Origin: Rebecca billardiae RCC1528
Taxonomy: Eukaryota; Protista; Haptophyta
Assembly (NCBI GenBank): GCA_965240325.2
Contig: OZ251228.1
Span: 1,240,001 to 1,304,000 of the forward strand
DNA length: 64,000 nucleotides
Direction: 5' to 3'
Below are positions 1 to 11,450 of the stretch, piece by piece (the stretch's first letter is position 1; each line of letters begins with the position of its first letter). Below the pieces are notes generated by a model. That model was not told the origin of the DNA. It saw only the letters and a program-made list of their open reading frames with translations, and did not search any database. Made by a program: the position numbers and the translations under genes.

Positions 1-29
1 GCGTCACCCCGCGCGCGCCCGCGTTGCAG

Positions 30-266
30 GACGACGAGTGGGAGCCGCTCTACCAGAAGACGGCCAAGTACCTGGAGATCGAGAAGCGCGTCAACGTGCT
101 CAACCACCGGCTGGACATCATCAAGGACCTCTTCGACATGCTCGCCTCCGAGATGCACGCCAAGCACGCGACCAACCTCGAGGTGATCGTCATCGTGCTC
201 ATCCTCATCGAGGTCATCTTCCAGGTGCTCGAGCTGATGCAAAATCGCGTGTTCGCCGATTCGTGA
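30..266 (+). CDS. 3' terminal exon of an RMD1/RMND1 (DUF155) family protein; gene begins upstream of the window
   Basis: Acceptor ttgcag at 24-29, then LYQKTAKYLEIEKRVNVLNHRLDIIKDLFDML...LEVIVIVLILIEVIF. This matches the DUF155 C-terminus (YL(E/D)I..R..VLN.RL followed by the LE(W/V)IVI.LI..E TM helix). Confidence 0.8.
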   Translation, partial: DDEWEPLYQKTAKYLEIEKRVNVLNHRLDIIKDLFDMLASEMHAKHATNLEVIVIVLILIEVIFQVLELMQNRVFADS

Positions 267-1505
267 GGCGCGCGGCGCCACCGATGATTAAGCGATTCGC
301 GCCGCGCCGGCGGCGGTGTCGGTGACGGCAGAGCTGCTGGCTCAGACGAATCGGATAGCGCGTCATGTAATCAGACAGCATCTAATAAACATATGTATTA
401 ACGACGACGTGGTATGCAACGGGCATAAGGCGTCAGAGTCAGCAAGCTGTAGCAGCAGATCGAGCCGCAGCTGGATCGACAAACACCATATCAGGATCAG
501 CGCTCCTCGGCCTCGCCTGGTCCGCGGTCCCCCCGCCAGCCCCTCGTCTAGTAGTCGCGCCCATATTCGGATAACACGCGCATTTTGATGACGACGATGC
601 GCGCCGCGCGCTATTGATGATCGTCGTCATGACGACCCGGAGTACTTCTACAGTTACTCACAGATCAGGAGATCGACCTGCGCCGTCATTACTTACGGGC
701 CTGTGTCTCGTAACTATCATCCGATCCCGGATATCGGCAGCAGAAATAACTGTGACGAATCGCGCAGCAATGCATCATTATTATAAGCGACTATTTGTGA
801 GTCTCGATTAGTTGATTAGTGCCCTGCCACTATAAACAGCGTAGCGGTAGACCGTCAGTGTTTGCTGAGTTGTGAGTATCATCCTTATAGTTATACTATA
901 GGACGACTTACCAGGGCACATCAGGCTGATGCTGACTCTGAGTGGCATAAAACCGTAAGCTAGACGCCAGTGCTGAGTCCATCGAACGCCGGTGCCATGC
1001 CGACATGCCCTGCGGGCGCGGCGCCGATAGACCGGATAGATACCGGGTATGGCCAGTGGCCAGATGACTAGTTATGAGTATGATGCGTCTAATGAGTAAT
1101 GACGAGTGACGGTGACGTCGTCGTCGTCTGAGGCAATAACCACTTTATTGTTCGGCGGAGGCTGATCAACAGTCCGGGCAGTAGTGCGGTGCCCCGCCGC
1201 CGCCGCCCGAATGCTGAATCGATGACAATAATCGTTATTATTGTCTGACCGCGGTCGCACGAAAATCACTCCGGCTACCCGGGCGTGCCTTACCCCCATA
1301 CATGAATACTACGAACCCGATATGCAAGTCTGACAGAAAGAATAAGATCATTATTCTGTCGTCGCGTAATTTAGTTGATGTATCATATCGTCACAACTGT
1401 AGTACAGCTAGTATCTGCACACAGCTCCGAGGCAGGCGAGATTGACGCCCGCCAACTGTCACCGCCCATGAATCAATGCATGAAGCCGTCGCCGATGGTA
1501 GCGCC

Positions 1506-1819
1506 TGTTAGAGCAGGACAGATACGATTGCACTCGATACAGCACGTGTGGGCTGCAGTCCGCCTGGATCGACCCCGCTGAGACGGCGGCGCTCCATCCG
1601 TGAGCGCCGGCGGCCGATCACATGTCAATGCGTCGCAACCAACGGGCGCGCGCTGAAACCGATCACTCCGGGGCCAACCTTCCGAGACTCCACTGAGCTT
1701 CGGACTCTGGTTGTCCGGACCGTTCTGCAGCGCGCCCTCAATGGCTGTAAGCTTGTCCGTGCGGGTAGATGAGCGTGTACAATCAGCTCGTAGTGCATCA
1801 GTGCCAGAATACTCTGACA
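1506..1819 (-). repeat. 3' LTR
   Basis: TGTTAGAG...CTCTGACA; identical by eye to 2692-3005. Confidence 0.93.
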
Positions 1820-2691
1820 CTCCTCCTCACTGAGCACAGCGAGATGCAGTTAGTGTGCGTACGCGTGTGCGCGGTGTTGTTGCGCGCGATGATGCCGGCG
1901 TACATGTCTGTGACCATGTCGACTGTTGTCCCAACCAGTTTGGTCCGTCGAGGTGTTGACGGCGGTATCTCCGACTCGGGTGTATCAACCCGTCTCCGTC
2001 GGCCACACCGTCAGGACTCCCTCGGAGCCCGAGCACAACTGGGCTGTTGCCTCCACGAGGCATGCACCCGACAGTTCATGTGGCAGTGCACGTTGGCCTT
2101 ACCGTGCCACCTGTCTGCTCCTCCTCGATGTCGAACGTCACGAAGGCGTCGACTCCCTGCACTCGTTGCAGGTATACGGATCGAACCGATAGCGATCACT
2201 GCGCGTGTAGACGATTGTCGTGGTACAGCATGAGCATCTGCATCTATGCGGCGTTACTTGTCACCTGGAATGCACAGCGTGAACGCGGAGATGGACGAGC
2301 GGTGCGCGATGTCGATCCTCGTGAACGAGACCACCGTCGCCTAGTGAGGGTGTAGATCACGCCTCATCTCCGCCTTGCAGGTTGTCGTCCGACTCGCCGG
2401 GCGAGAACTGCACAACTGGAGTAACTGACTGGGCTCTCTCAGTCAAGACTCCTCCTGCGTCGAGAACGCTAACTCCTCGGCGCGAGACAACGAAGTGGAT
2501 GTCGGCAAGAAGAAGAAGATCGTCACCTTCTCCTCTATGGCTGCCCTCGTCAGGCCAGTCTCCTTTGCCTTCTCTCCTTGCACGATCGCAGGCGAGCGCG
2601 GGAAACGCTCGCCATCGTGCAGACTTGTGTTAAGGCAAGCTCAGCGAGATCGAGCCAGGGAACGAGCGCGTCGTGACCGCCGCCGATACCA

Positions 2692-3005
2692 TGTTAGAGC
2701 AGGACAGATACGATTGCACTCGATACAGCACGTGTGGGCTGCAGTCCGCCTGGATCGACCCCGCTGAGACGGCGGCGCTCCATCCGTGAGCGCCGGCGGC
2801 CGATCACATGTCAATGCGTCGCAACCAACGGGCGCGCGCTGAAACCGATCACTCCGGGGCCAACCTTCCGAGACTCCACTGAGCTTCGGACTCTGGTTGT
2901 CCGGACCGTTCTGCAGCGCGCCCTCAATGGCTGTAAGCTTGTCCGTGCGGGTAGATGAGCGTGTACAATCAGCTCGTAGTGCATCAGTGCCAGAATACTC
3001 TGACA
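2692..3005 (-). repeat. 5' LTR
   Basis: TGTTAGAG...CTCTGACA; adjacent to the PBS-like sequence. Confidence 0.93.
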
Positions 3006-4062
3006 GCGCCGTCGGAAGGTTCATTCAGCCACCCGCCTGCGAGGCCTGGATGAGGGCTGCGGCGCCGCCAGCGCCCGTCGTCCTCGCGGACCTCGCCCCA
3101 CTGTCCGTCCACAAAACGTCTGTCGTCCCGAAACTCTCCGGCTGATGGGCGCCGATGCGACAGCGCGCCGACAGGATGAGGATGTAGTATGGAATGTGGA
3201 GCCCCACTGTCGGTTGGTAAAGGCGTGTATCAAGACTAAGTAACGGAATTGGCCTGGCCCTCAGGAGTCAGGTTTTATTTTAGTTATCAATATGCCCTAT
3301 GACTATGAGTAATGGGCCCCGGAGTGACGTGTGGCGTGTCGGCCTCAAAGCCGGCGCAACAGTTCCCCGCCCGCGCAACAGGGTTTGGTTGCCAGGAGGG
3401 TCTGCTGGCTCACCAGCTGCGGGGGCCGGGGCGTCCGGCTGTTTGCGCTTACGGAATCATACGGGCTGGCGGGGTCCGGCACTGGTGCCGCCAACCTCGA
3501 ACGGTCGCGGCCAACCGCTGCCGCTCAAGTGCCGTGGCCTGCATCGGTATGGCTGCTGCGCCGGGGGTCGGCCCCTGCGGGCTGCGCTCCCAGGCAGGCC
3601 CGGGTGTGCCCTGTAAGCCGGGTGCGCGCGAAGCGTCGTTATGCTGGCGAGGAACTGCAGCTGTGCCTGCTCTACGCATGCGGCGCTGGCACAGCCTGGT
3701 CAGCAGACTTGCGCAGGGTGAGCGGGGGGGGGGGGGGGGGGGTATCAGAATCCAGGCGGCCCAGTTTGTAATGGCGAACGACATAAGGAGAAAGCCCTCG
3801 AAAGCGATGTTTCAATATGGTGCTTACCGGCGGGTAAAAATGAATATGGATGCATTCGAGGTTTGGTCAATTTTAGAATGGCGTCTGATTGTTCGCGCGC
3901 GCTCCGTGAGTAATTTATTGTGGAATATACCGCTCGTATCAGACGAACCTCATTACCTCGGGCACGAAGCGAAGTGTGATGCGCGGTTGATGAGCCTCTT
4001 CCCGCGTCGGACCTGCCACGAAGGCCGCGCGAAACTTCCAGCCCCGAAACGCCGAGTCGCCG

Positions 4063-5280
4063 ATGCCGCTGCACTACTTGCTCCACACGCACGAGACCCT
4101 CCGGCTCGTCCTCGACGTCCTCGATGAGGACGACGTCCTCTGCGCAGCTCTCTGCTGCTCTGCCATGCGCGACGCGGCACTCGCTCGCTTCCCGCACGGC
4201 ATCCGCACTCGTGCCGACGCCGCGTGCGTGTCGGCTGCACGCGTCGCTTGGGCCATGAGCCTGGGTGCTGCTCATGCGCCCTTGGGCGAGGTCGTTTGCG
4301 TCGCGGCGGCACGTCTGAACCGGCCATCCGCCATCCGCACGCTTCTGCAGATCGGCATCACTCCCGACGACAAAGTGCTGTGCGCGGCGGCGCGACATGG
4401 CGCGCTCTTCTGTGTCGAGTGGCTGATGCACCACTGCAAGCTCGTTCCGGGGCCCCGCGCGGTGACGGCTGCTGCCGAGGGTGGGCATGCACGTGTCCTC
4501 AACCGCTTCCTCGCCATCCGTCGCGTCGAGTGGGACGCCGAGGCGTACGTCGCGGCAGCACGCAGCGGCAGCGTTGAGTGCCTCCGCCTCCTCGTCGAGG
4601 CGGATGATGACATTTCCCTCGGGGAGATGGACGATGCTCTCCAACCTCATCCGGCGCCGTTGCGCAGTGCGCTCTCCGACGGCGCATTGCCGGCGGGCTA
4701 TCGCGCGACGAGCGACGCCGCAGCCGAGCAGGAGGACACGGCGTGCATCCTGCATGCGGCCACCAACGTCGAGCACGACAGACAGTGCGCAAGTCTCCTT
4801 CCGATCTTGGTGACCCGGCTCTGGCCGTTCCGCCAAGCGCGTGAGCGCCGCGGGCTCACGGCCAGGCCGAGTGCGCTGACGGCGGCAACAGACGATTCCA
4901 GTCTCGGAGTGTCATCACAACCGCCGACACCGGCACAGCCAACCTCCGAGCCGCGGACCGCGCCGCTCGAGCGCCGTCGGTATGGGTCGAGATTTGCTTC
5001 GAGCGTGCAGCGGCGCTGGGACGAGCGCGCGTGCGAGGCGGCCGCCCGCGCTGGGCACATCGATGCCCTGCATTTGCTGGTCGTTGGTGGTGCACCATGC
5101 ACGTGGTTGGCTGTGCAAGGAGCGGCGCGACGCAGAGACGTCATGATGGTCAACTGGCTCGCGCAGCACGGCTGTGAGTGGCGGTCGCACGGAGCCCAGA
5201 TTGCTGACGCAGCAGATGGCGACGCTGACATCACAGGTTGGATGCAGCGGCATGGCTGGCAGCCGGCCGGCTCGTCATGA
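4063..5280 (+). CDS. Divergent ankyrin-repeat protein with F-box-like N-terminus
   Basis: 405-aa ATG ORF. Repeats LCAAARHGALFCVEWL, AAAEGGHARVL, WDAEAYVAAARSGSVECLRLL, WDERACEAAARAGHIDALHLL...GCEW; N-terminal LRLVLDVLDEDDVLCAALCCSAMR is F-box-like. Confidence 0.7.
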   Translation: MPLHYLLHTHETLRLVLDVLDEDDVLCAALCCSAMRDAALARFPHGIRTRADAACVSAARVAWAMSLGAAHAPLGEVVCVAAARLNRPSAIRTLLQIGITPDDKVLCAAARHGALFCVEWLMHHCKLVPGPRAVTAAAEGGHARVLNRFLAIRRVEWDAEAYVAAARSGSVECLRLLVEADDDISLGEMDDALQPHPAPLRSALSDGALPAGYRATSDAAAEQEDTACILHAATNVEHDRQCASLLPILVTRLWPFRQARERRGLTARPSALTAATDDSSLGVSSQPPTPAQPTSEPRTAPLERRRYGSRFASSVQRRWDERACEAAARAGHIDALHLLVVGGAPCTWLAVQGAARRRDVMMVNWLAQHGCEWRSHGAQIADAADGDADITGWMQRHGWQPAGSS

Positions 5281-5576
5281 AGGCTTCTGGCCGAAGCCTC
5301 CGATGAGCCTCATCCAATGAGCCGCCCCAGCAGCGTGGTCAGTGTCGTCGTCGCGCAGCAGCTTCATAGATATATTAGATGATAGATCGATCATCTATGA
5401 CTATGATGACGATACTCCGCGCCCATAAGTTCGTCATATATATCAGAGCAGTCGTCACGACGACTGTAGCAGACAGACTAGCAGGCTGTAGGCACGGATC
5501 TATCCGACTATCGCACATAGCAGCAGTACACGGAGGCGACTTGCTCCTAAGGCTGCAGGTCCGACTGGTGGTCCCA

Positions 5577-8500
5577 TCATGCCTGCGGCTGCAGCCAACG
5601 CGCCGGCTGGCGCGGGGCCATCCGCGCGACGGGTGTCAGTGTCGTCACTGTGAGCGACGACGACGCCGTCGAGGTCGCAGATTCCCGCTCGCGTGCGCGG
5701 GCCGACGCGCGGAGCGGGCCGCCGGCGGACGATACGCGGCCGCGAGCCAGGCTGGCGTGGAGCGGGCCGCCCGCAGACGACACTCGACCGCGAGTCAGGC
5801 TGCGGCAGCCCGCTCCGTGTAGCGGCGACGGCGCGCCGATCGAGTCGTGCGCCGGCCACCGTGTATTCGACGGGCCTTGGCGCATCCGCCCCCGGCCCGG
5901 CGATGGCGTGGCACACGCACCGTGGGCCATCCAGTGGCGGCCGTTGACCCGGCGGGTCGGCGATCCCGCCGGAGAGAGGCGGTGGGCCAAGTGGCTCACG
6001 CCGCCTATCGGGTGGCCGTAGATGTCGAGCTCGTGGCTCGCTGCCCTCGAGGACGGAGCCGTGCGGATCCCGGCGCCGTGCAACGAGTAGATCTCGCCGG
6101 AGTGCACGTGCGATCGCACCGCAGACCAGCGCGCCGACGGCGGGTGCGAGCCCCGCACAGGCGACCAGCTACTCGATGGCGAGCCGCCGCCACTCGTCGC
6201 GCGCTTGTAAAACACGTCAGCCGACGACCACGCGCCGGAGTGGGTGTGGTTCGTGCTCGTGCTCTCGCGCTGCGCCTGCCGCACCGGAGCAACGTGCGCT
6301 GCATGCAGCGCAGCCGCCACCGACAAGGTGATCCGCGGGGCGGGCTCAGGGATGGTTTGCGGCGCGACCTTGGCAAGCTTTCCCCGAGACGCCGCCGCCG
6401 ACCAGTCCGAGATCATCCTCGGCCGCGCCAACACGTCCGAAGTCATCCTCGCCCGCACCGGCCGCTCGGGCGCGTCGCCCGCGGCGCGCCCGGTGGCCTC
6501 GCCAACCGCCCGGCCAGCGACGAAGTCGATCGCGTCGGTCATCGCCCGGCGGCGGCGGCGGCCACCGAGGTCCGGCCGGTGCGCGAAGCTGCTTGGCGAT
6601 TCGCTGCGAATCGCAGACAGGCCCTCGGCGGACAGGCTGGCGGAGGAGCGGGCCGAGCCGACGCCGTCGCGGGCGGACTCGGGCGCGGTGGCGGCGGGCA
6701 AGCCCGCGGTCAGAGCGAGCGAGCAGCGGCCATCCCGCGTCCCATCCCCCGTCTCGGAGGCCGAGATCGCGCTCGCCCGGCGGGAGCTGACCTCTCTGAT
6801 GAGGCTGAGCTCGAGCGGCGGGCTCGGCTCCTCCGCGCTCGAGACAGGCTCAGACGTGTCGCGCCGCGAGCGCGCGGAGGCGGGCTCGCCGCCGTGCACG
6901 GTCGCCAGCCGGAGGCGGCGGTTTGCTGAGGGTGTCCTGTCCTCCCACAGGAAGCTGGCGATGGCGCTGCGCAGCATCGCGCGCACGGACGTGTTGAACG
7001 CCTCCATCGCCTCGCTCCCGTCGCCGCACCCCGCCTCGCCCGCCGCGCCGACCGGCGCGAAGTGCGCGCGGATCAGCGCGTTGATCATCTGCTTGTCCGC
7101 CTCGACGGTCGCGTCGGCGGTGCGCGCGTCAAAGGCGGAGAGCGCGCTCTGCACGCGCGCCAGGTCGGTGCGCACAGCGTGCTGCAGCGCCTTGCGCTCG
7201 TCGGGCGCGATGCTGAGGTCGAAGCGCACGCCCTGCAGCCAGCACTGCACCACCTCGTACAGGCACCACACGCGCGTGAGGCACACCGGCTCGTCCCACG
7301 GGTCTGCGCGCGGCCGCAGCCGCGGCCACAGCGGGGCGCGGCGCGCGACCGGGACAGTACAGTCGCGCGCGCGGATGGGTAGGTGGGTGGTGCTATTGGA
7401 GTCAGCACGGCGCCGCGCGCGTCGCGCCGCGCCGCGCGCTCGTTCGTGCGTGCGGCGCGCGCGACGAGACACACCAAGCACCATCACGACCCGGCCGACG
7501 GAGCGCTCGATCGCGCCAATCTGCGCCACCTCCGCCTCCACCTCGTGCTGCCGGATGCCTGCAGTGCAGCGCGCGCCGGCGGGGCGCGGCGTATGCGCGG
7601 GGCGCGACGTGATGGGTCAGGTGGACGGCGAGAACTCCGCGCTCGAGCGCACACGGCGCGACCGCGCGCGGGGCCAAGTGCGCACAGAAGATATCGAGCC
7701 ACAGGTACGTGCCCTGCGCCTCGAGCTTGTGCATCCGGAGGTACGCCACCACGGCCGAGAGCATCTTTGCAAACGAGCAGCACTGCGCGTGCGAGATGAA
7801 CTGCGGCGGCAGGCGGCGGCACGCGCGGCGGCGCGAGCCAGCCGCGTCGGACACTCCGCTCGGGCGGGTGCTGACCGGGGCCAGGCAGCGTGGAGGGCGC
7901 GCGCGCGCGCGCTCACCAGGTTGGCGTTGGCGACGGCTGGCCTGCCGTCCGCCGTCTGCGCGTTGGCGCACAGCTCGGCGATGGACCATCCCGCCGTGCG
8001 CGCCGTGAGCGCGCGCACGGACTCTGCCACCTCGAGCGTCGTCGCCTCCTCCGCAATCTCGCGCGCCGAGATGAACTCGTCAATCATCGCCACGCTCACG
8101 CCGAGCAGCAGGTGCGGCGGCACGGGCCCAGTCTCGAGGAGGGCGTCCCTGTCCCTGACCACGGTGGGCGGGGTCGGCCGGTGGCTGTTCTTGCGCGGCT
8201 TGCTGAAGGGGGACTCCTCATCGACCACCAGAGTGGAGATCTTGAGGCTCGCCCACACGTCGGCGATCGCGAGCAGCGCGCGGCGCAGCGGGCCGCACAG
8301 CACGCGCACGCCGATCGGCCGGAGCAGCGCGCACTGCGCGTGGCTCACCGCGAGCGCGGCGCCCAGGTGGATGGCGAGGAGGACGTACCGCGGCCACGGG
8401 AGGTAGTGCGCGAACGTCAGCCCGGGCACGCCGGTGACGAGCGCCAGCACGCGCATGGCGACGATGTGCCGAATCGTGCCCGTGAGGCGCGCTGCGAGTG

Positions 8501-9647
8501 GGCCGGGCAGCGCGCTCGCCCTGGCGAGCGCGCGCGTGCGCACCCACCAGCGCACACACGGCACGAGCATGCACGCGTCGAGGAGGAGGAAGCTCACGCG
8601 CAGCGCGGAGATGAGCATGCCCGACGCGAAGATTGCGCAGCCGATCGTGAAGAGCACCGCGCCGCCGAGAGCTGCGCGCGCGAGCCACAGCGAGCCGGCC
8701 TCCGCGGCTGAGAGCGGGTAGCAGCTGCCGCCGCGCCTGGGCTCGCCATCCTCGGGCACGACCGAGAGGCGCAGCGAGGCGAGGCCCTGCGACACGCTCA
8801 GCCGCGAGACGTACTGGAGGAACAGCCCGGCGGCGATCAGCGCGGGCCACAGCGCGCACGCGTGCAGCGCGTACGCCGCCTCCGCCGGCAGCCGGCCGCG
8901 CGACAGCTCGGGGTCGAGGCAGAGCAGCGCGGCGCGCGCGGCGTTCGCGACGAGCTCGAGGAGCAGCATCAGCGTAGGGATCGAGCCGAGGCACATGCAG
9001 CGTTCGGCGCGGACGAACGACTCCAGGCGGAGCGCCGCGAGCTCGATCACCACCAACGCGCCGAGCGCGAGCGCGGCCTGCCACATCGCCCACGCGGCTG
9101 AGCCGTGCAAACGCGCCCACGCGGACGGCGCGGGCGGAGCGGCCGTGAGGTGCGCTCGTACGCGCTCGCCGCGTCGCAGCGCGCGAACGAGCATCTGAAC
9201 ATTCGCCTGCTGAATGTCGACCACGGGCAGGAGGCCGACTGCTGCCGTGGCGGCTCCGCCCGCCAGGCGCCGCATCTGCGCCTCATGGCCCGGGACAACC
9301 CAAAGACGATCAAGCCACGGACGGTGCACGAGGAGGGCTGACGCACCGGCGCGCGCAGCCTCGGCCGCGTGCTCCTCGAGGGAGCATCGAGAGGCCTCGG
9401 GCGATTCAATCACCACGAGCGCCCCAGACATCGCGCCCGGCTCGGCCTCGAAGCGCGGCGGGCAGCTCGCGCGCGAGACCACGAGCGGCCCCGACACGTC
9501 GAACGCTTGGCGCGCGAATGCAAAGGGCTCGGCGAGCAGCGAGAGGTTGGCAAAGGGGGGCGGCGCGTCCGTCAACACGAGACCACTCCGTACCGGACGC
9601 GCCGTACCGAGCGCATGTGCGACGAGCACGAGCGCGTAGTGCGGCAT
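5577..9647 (-). CDS. Putative receptor: signal peptide + PA domain + 7 TM helices + cytoplasmic TIR/HET-like domain + disordered tail (4 exons: 9647-7917, 7800-7686, 7558-7475, 7303-5577)
   Basis: Three GT-AG introns join the ORFs in frame, giving ANL|FISHAQ...YLWLDIF|CIRQHE...VVMVL|DPWDEPVCLTRVWCLYE. PA-like segment GALVVI...RCSLEEHAAEAARAGASALLV...LPVVDI; seven hydrophobic stretches between ~9100 and ~8320. Confidence 0.75.
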
Positions 9648-10079
9648 GGGGTCGCACGGATTGGTTTATCGGTCTAATAAACCGTGGGTAACCCAACTGG
9701 CGAACCGCGCGATGAATAGTTTTAAATCATAGAATTAGTAAAGTCCGCTCAGAATGCAATCTCTTGCGCTCAGATGATTGAACCCCCTTGTGACAACAGA
9801 CACTCACTCCGTGGCTGAAACGAGGATTCGATAGTAGTATCTCAACTAGATGGCCTGGGTTCGCCCTTTCATTGATATACCTTTGCTATTGTAGCTATTA
9901 TCATACATGATACAAGTACTGGCGCACACAAACCCGAGCGCGCTTGTCGTCAGCGCTCCCGGACCCCGCGCATCCGGACCACGTCTTCTATTCACGGCTC
10001 CGCGCAAGCCGCGAATTCGTTCACAACGACTTGTCCAGCCGCCGAGGACCCAACCCGGTGCGCCTCCGCGCAGCGAAGC

Positions 10080-11450
10080 ATGTCCGCATCGTACGAGCGC
10101 AAGGCATGCGGCTCGTGCCGCAAGGTGATCTGGAGGCCCCTGGGCGAGCCAGCCGCCGATGCGGTCCTCGTCTGTGGCCTGTGCAAGCAGTCCGGCGGGC
10201 AAGTCAACGGCGAGTGCCTCGTGTGCCGTGAGTCGGGCGTCGTGCTCGAGCCCAAGTCTGTGCGCGATGGCGAATGCCTGGGCCATCGCTTCTGCCATGC
10301 GTGCTGGCAGACGCACATCGAGACGAAAGTGCGTGAGCGCAGCGCGGTCATCCCATGCATGCACCCCGGCTGTGTCAACAAGCTCGAGCCGCGGGACGTG
10401 AAGCGCTTCCGCTCCGACCTGTACAAGCAATTCCTGCAGGTGCGCAGGGCACCGAGCGCGCGTACCGTGCAGGTGCTGGTGCCCACGCCCGCTGGGAGTG
10501 GCGGCCGCTGGCGCACGCGCATCGCCTGCAAGCGGCCCATGCGACGCGCACTCTGCGCGTGCTCACCGCTGCCCACCGCTCGCCGCCCGCGCGACCATTC
10601 GGACGGACGCATTGGGCGGGCATGCAGAACAAGTACCGAGACTACGAGACCCGGCTCCAGGCCATCTTCCTCGAGGGCGACGATCCGTTCGCCCAGTGGG
10701 CTCGCAGTCACACGCAGAGCTGCCCGCAGTGCCACGTCCTCGTCGAGCGCTCCGAAGGGTGCGGCGCGCGCACGCCTTTGCCCGAGCGGTGCACGCGCAT
10801 GCGCTGCGCGTACGGCTGACGCTGTGTGCCCCGCTGCGCGCCCGGCACGGCACAGGTGCAATCACATGCGGTGCCAGTGCGGCTTCGAGTTCTGCTACCG
10901 CTGCGGCCGGCCGACCTCCGACGACTGCAACTGCCCGTACGCGCAGAACGGCCCCGAGCTGATCTCCGGTCGGCCGGACGAGCTGCGCCGCCTGCAGGCC
11001 GTCGCCGAGCAGCGGACGCGCGGCGCGCGCACGCTGCAGGCGGCCTTCTTGGCGTCGGCCCGCGGGCAGGCGGCCTCCTGCCGCCGCGCGGCAGCCTCGA
11101 AGATCGTCGGGGCCGTGCGCCGCGCGTTCAAGCTGTCCTCGCCGGGCTTGGCCGCACCCGTGCCGCACCCAGCCGACGGCGGCGGCGCGGCCGACGCGGC
11201 ACCGGCCGCGCCGCCGCCCGAGCAGGAGCAGCAGCAGCACCCAGCCACAGAGGCTCTGCCTGTTCTGCACGAGTCGGGCGAGGGTTCGTCGGACGAGAGA
11301 AGCGAGCCGGACGAGGGGAGCTACCGGCCTGAGCTCGTGCTCATTCCGCAGCGCCAGCACTCGCTGGTGGGCATGGCACCCCCGTCCCAGCCGGCCCGGG
11401 TGGAGGCAGGGGCTGCGCGCGTCGCGCGTCGCGCGCGCCGCTCGATCTGA
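10080..11450 (+). CDS. RBR-related E3 ubiquitin ligase (RING1 + RING2/Rcat), 3 exons
   Basis: RING1 CLVC...CLGHRFCHACW...IPCMHPGC. Introns after FLQ (10440-10627) and within SEG join to SCPQCHVLVERSEG|CNHMRCQCGFEFCYRCG, the Rcat motif with catalytic Cys. Confidence 0.8.
   Translation: MSASYERKACGSCRKVIWRPLGEPAADAVLVCGLCKQSGGQVNGECLVCRESGVVLEPKSVRDGECLGHRFCHACWQTHIETKVRERSAVIPCMHPGCVNKLEPRDVKRFRSDLYKQFLQVRRAPSARTVQVLVPTPAGSGGRWRTRIACKRPMRRALCACSPLPTARRPRDHSDGRIGRACRTSTETTRPGSRPSSSRATIRSPSGLAVTRRAARSATSSSSAPKGAARARLCPSGARACAARTADAVCPAARPARHRCNHMRCQCGFEFCYRCGRPTSDDCNCPYAQNGPELISGRPDELRRLQAVAEQRTRGARTLQAAFLASARGQAASCRRAAASKIVGAVRRAFKLSSPGLAAPVPHPADGGGAADAAPAAPPPEQEQQQHPATEALPVLHESGEGSSDERSEPDEGSYRPELVLIPQRQHSLVGMAPPSQPARVEAGAARVARRARRSI

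Larger units (their letters stand above)
1506..3005 (-). mobile_element. Non-autonomous LTR retrotransposon (TRIM-like), 1500 bp
   Basis: Two 314-bp direct repeats (1506-1819, 2692-3005), both TG...CA, with 5-bp TSD GCGCC at 1501-1505 and 3006-3010. On the minus strand a PBS-like TGGTATCGGCGG directly follows one LTR (2691 downward) and a PPT GAGGAGGAG (1820-1828) precedes the other. No gag/pol in the 872-bp interior. Confidence 0.93.

Noticed and set aside
1820-2691. Short ORFs inside the LTR element
   Set aside because: No gag zinc knuckle, protease, RT or integrase motifs.
3724-3742. G19 homopolymer (also C-run ~52713-52727 and G-run ~55553-55563)
   Set aside because: Could form G-quadruplexes, but nothing supports function and homopolymer lengths are error-prone.
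9700-9920. AT-richer segment containing GGTTCG as a possible tRNA/ncRNA
   Set aside because: No cloverleaf stems could be formed; probably a bidirectional promoter region.
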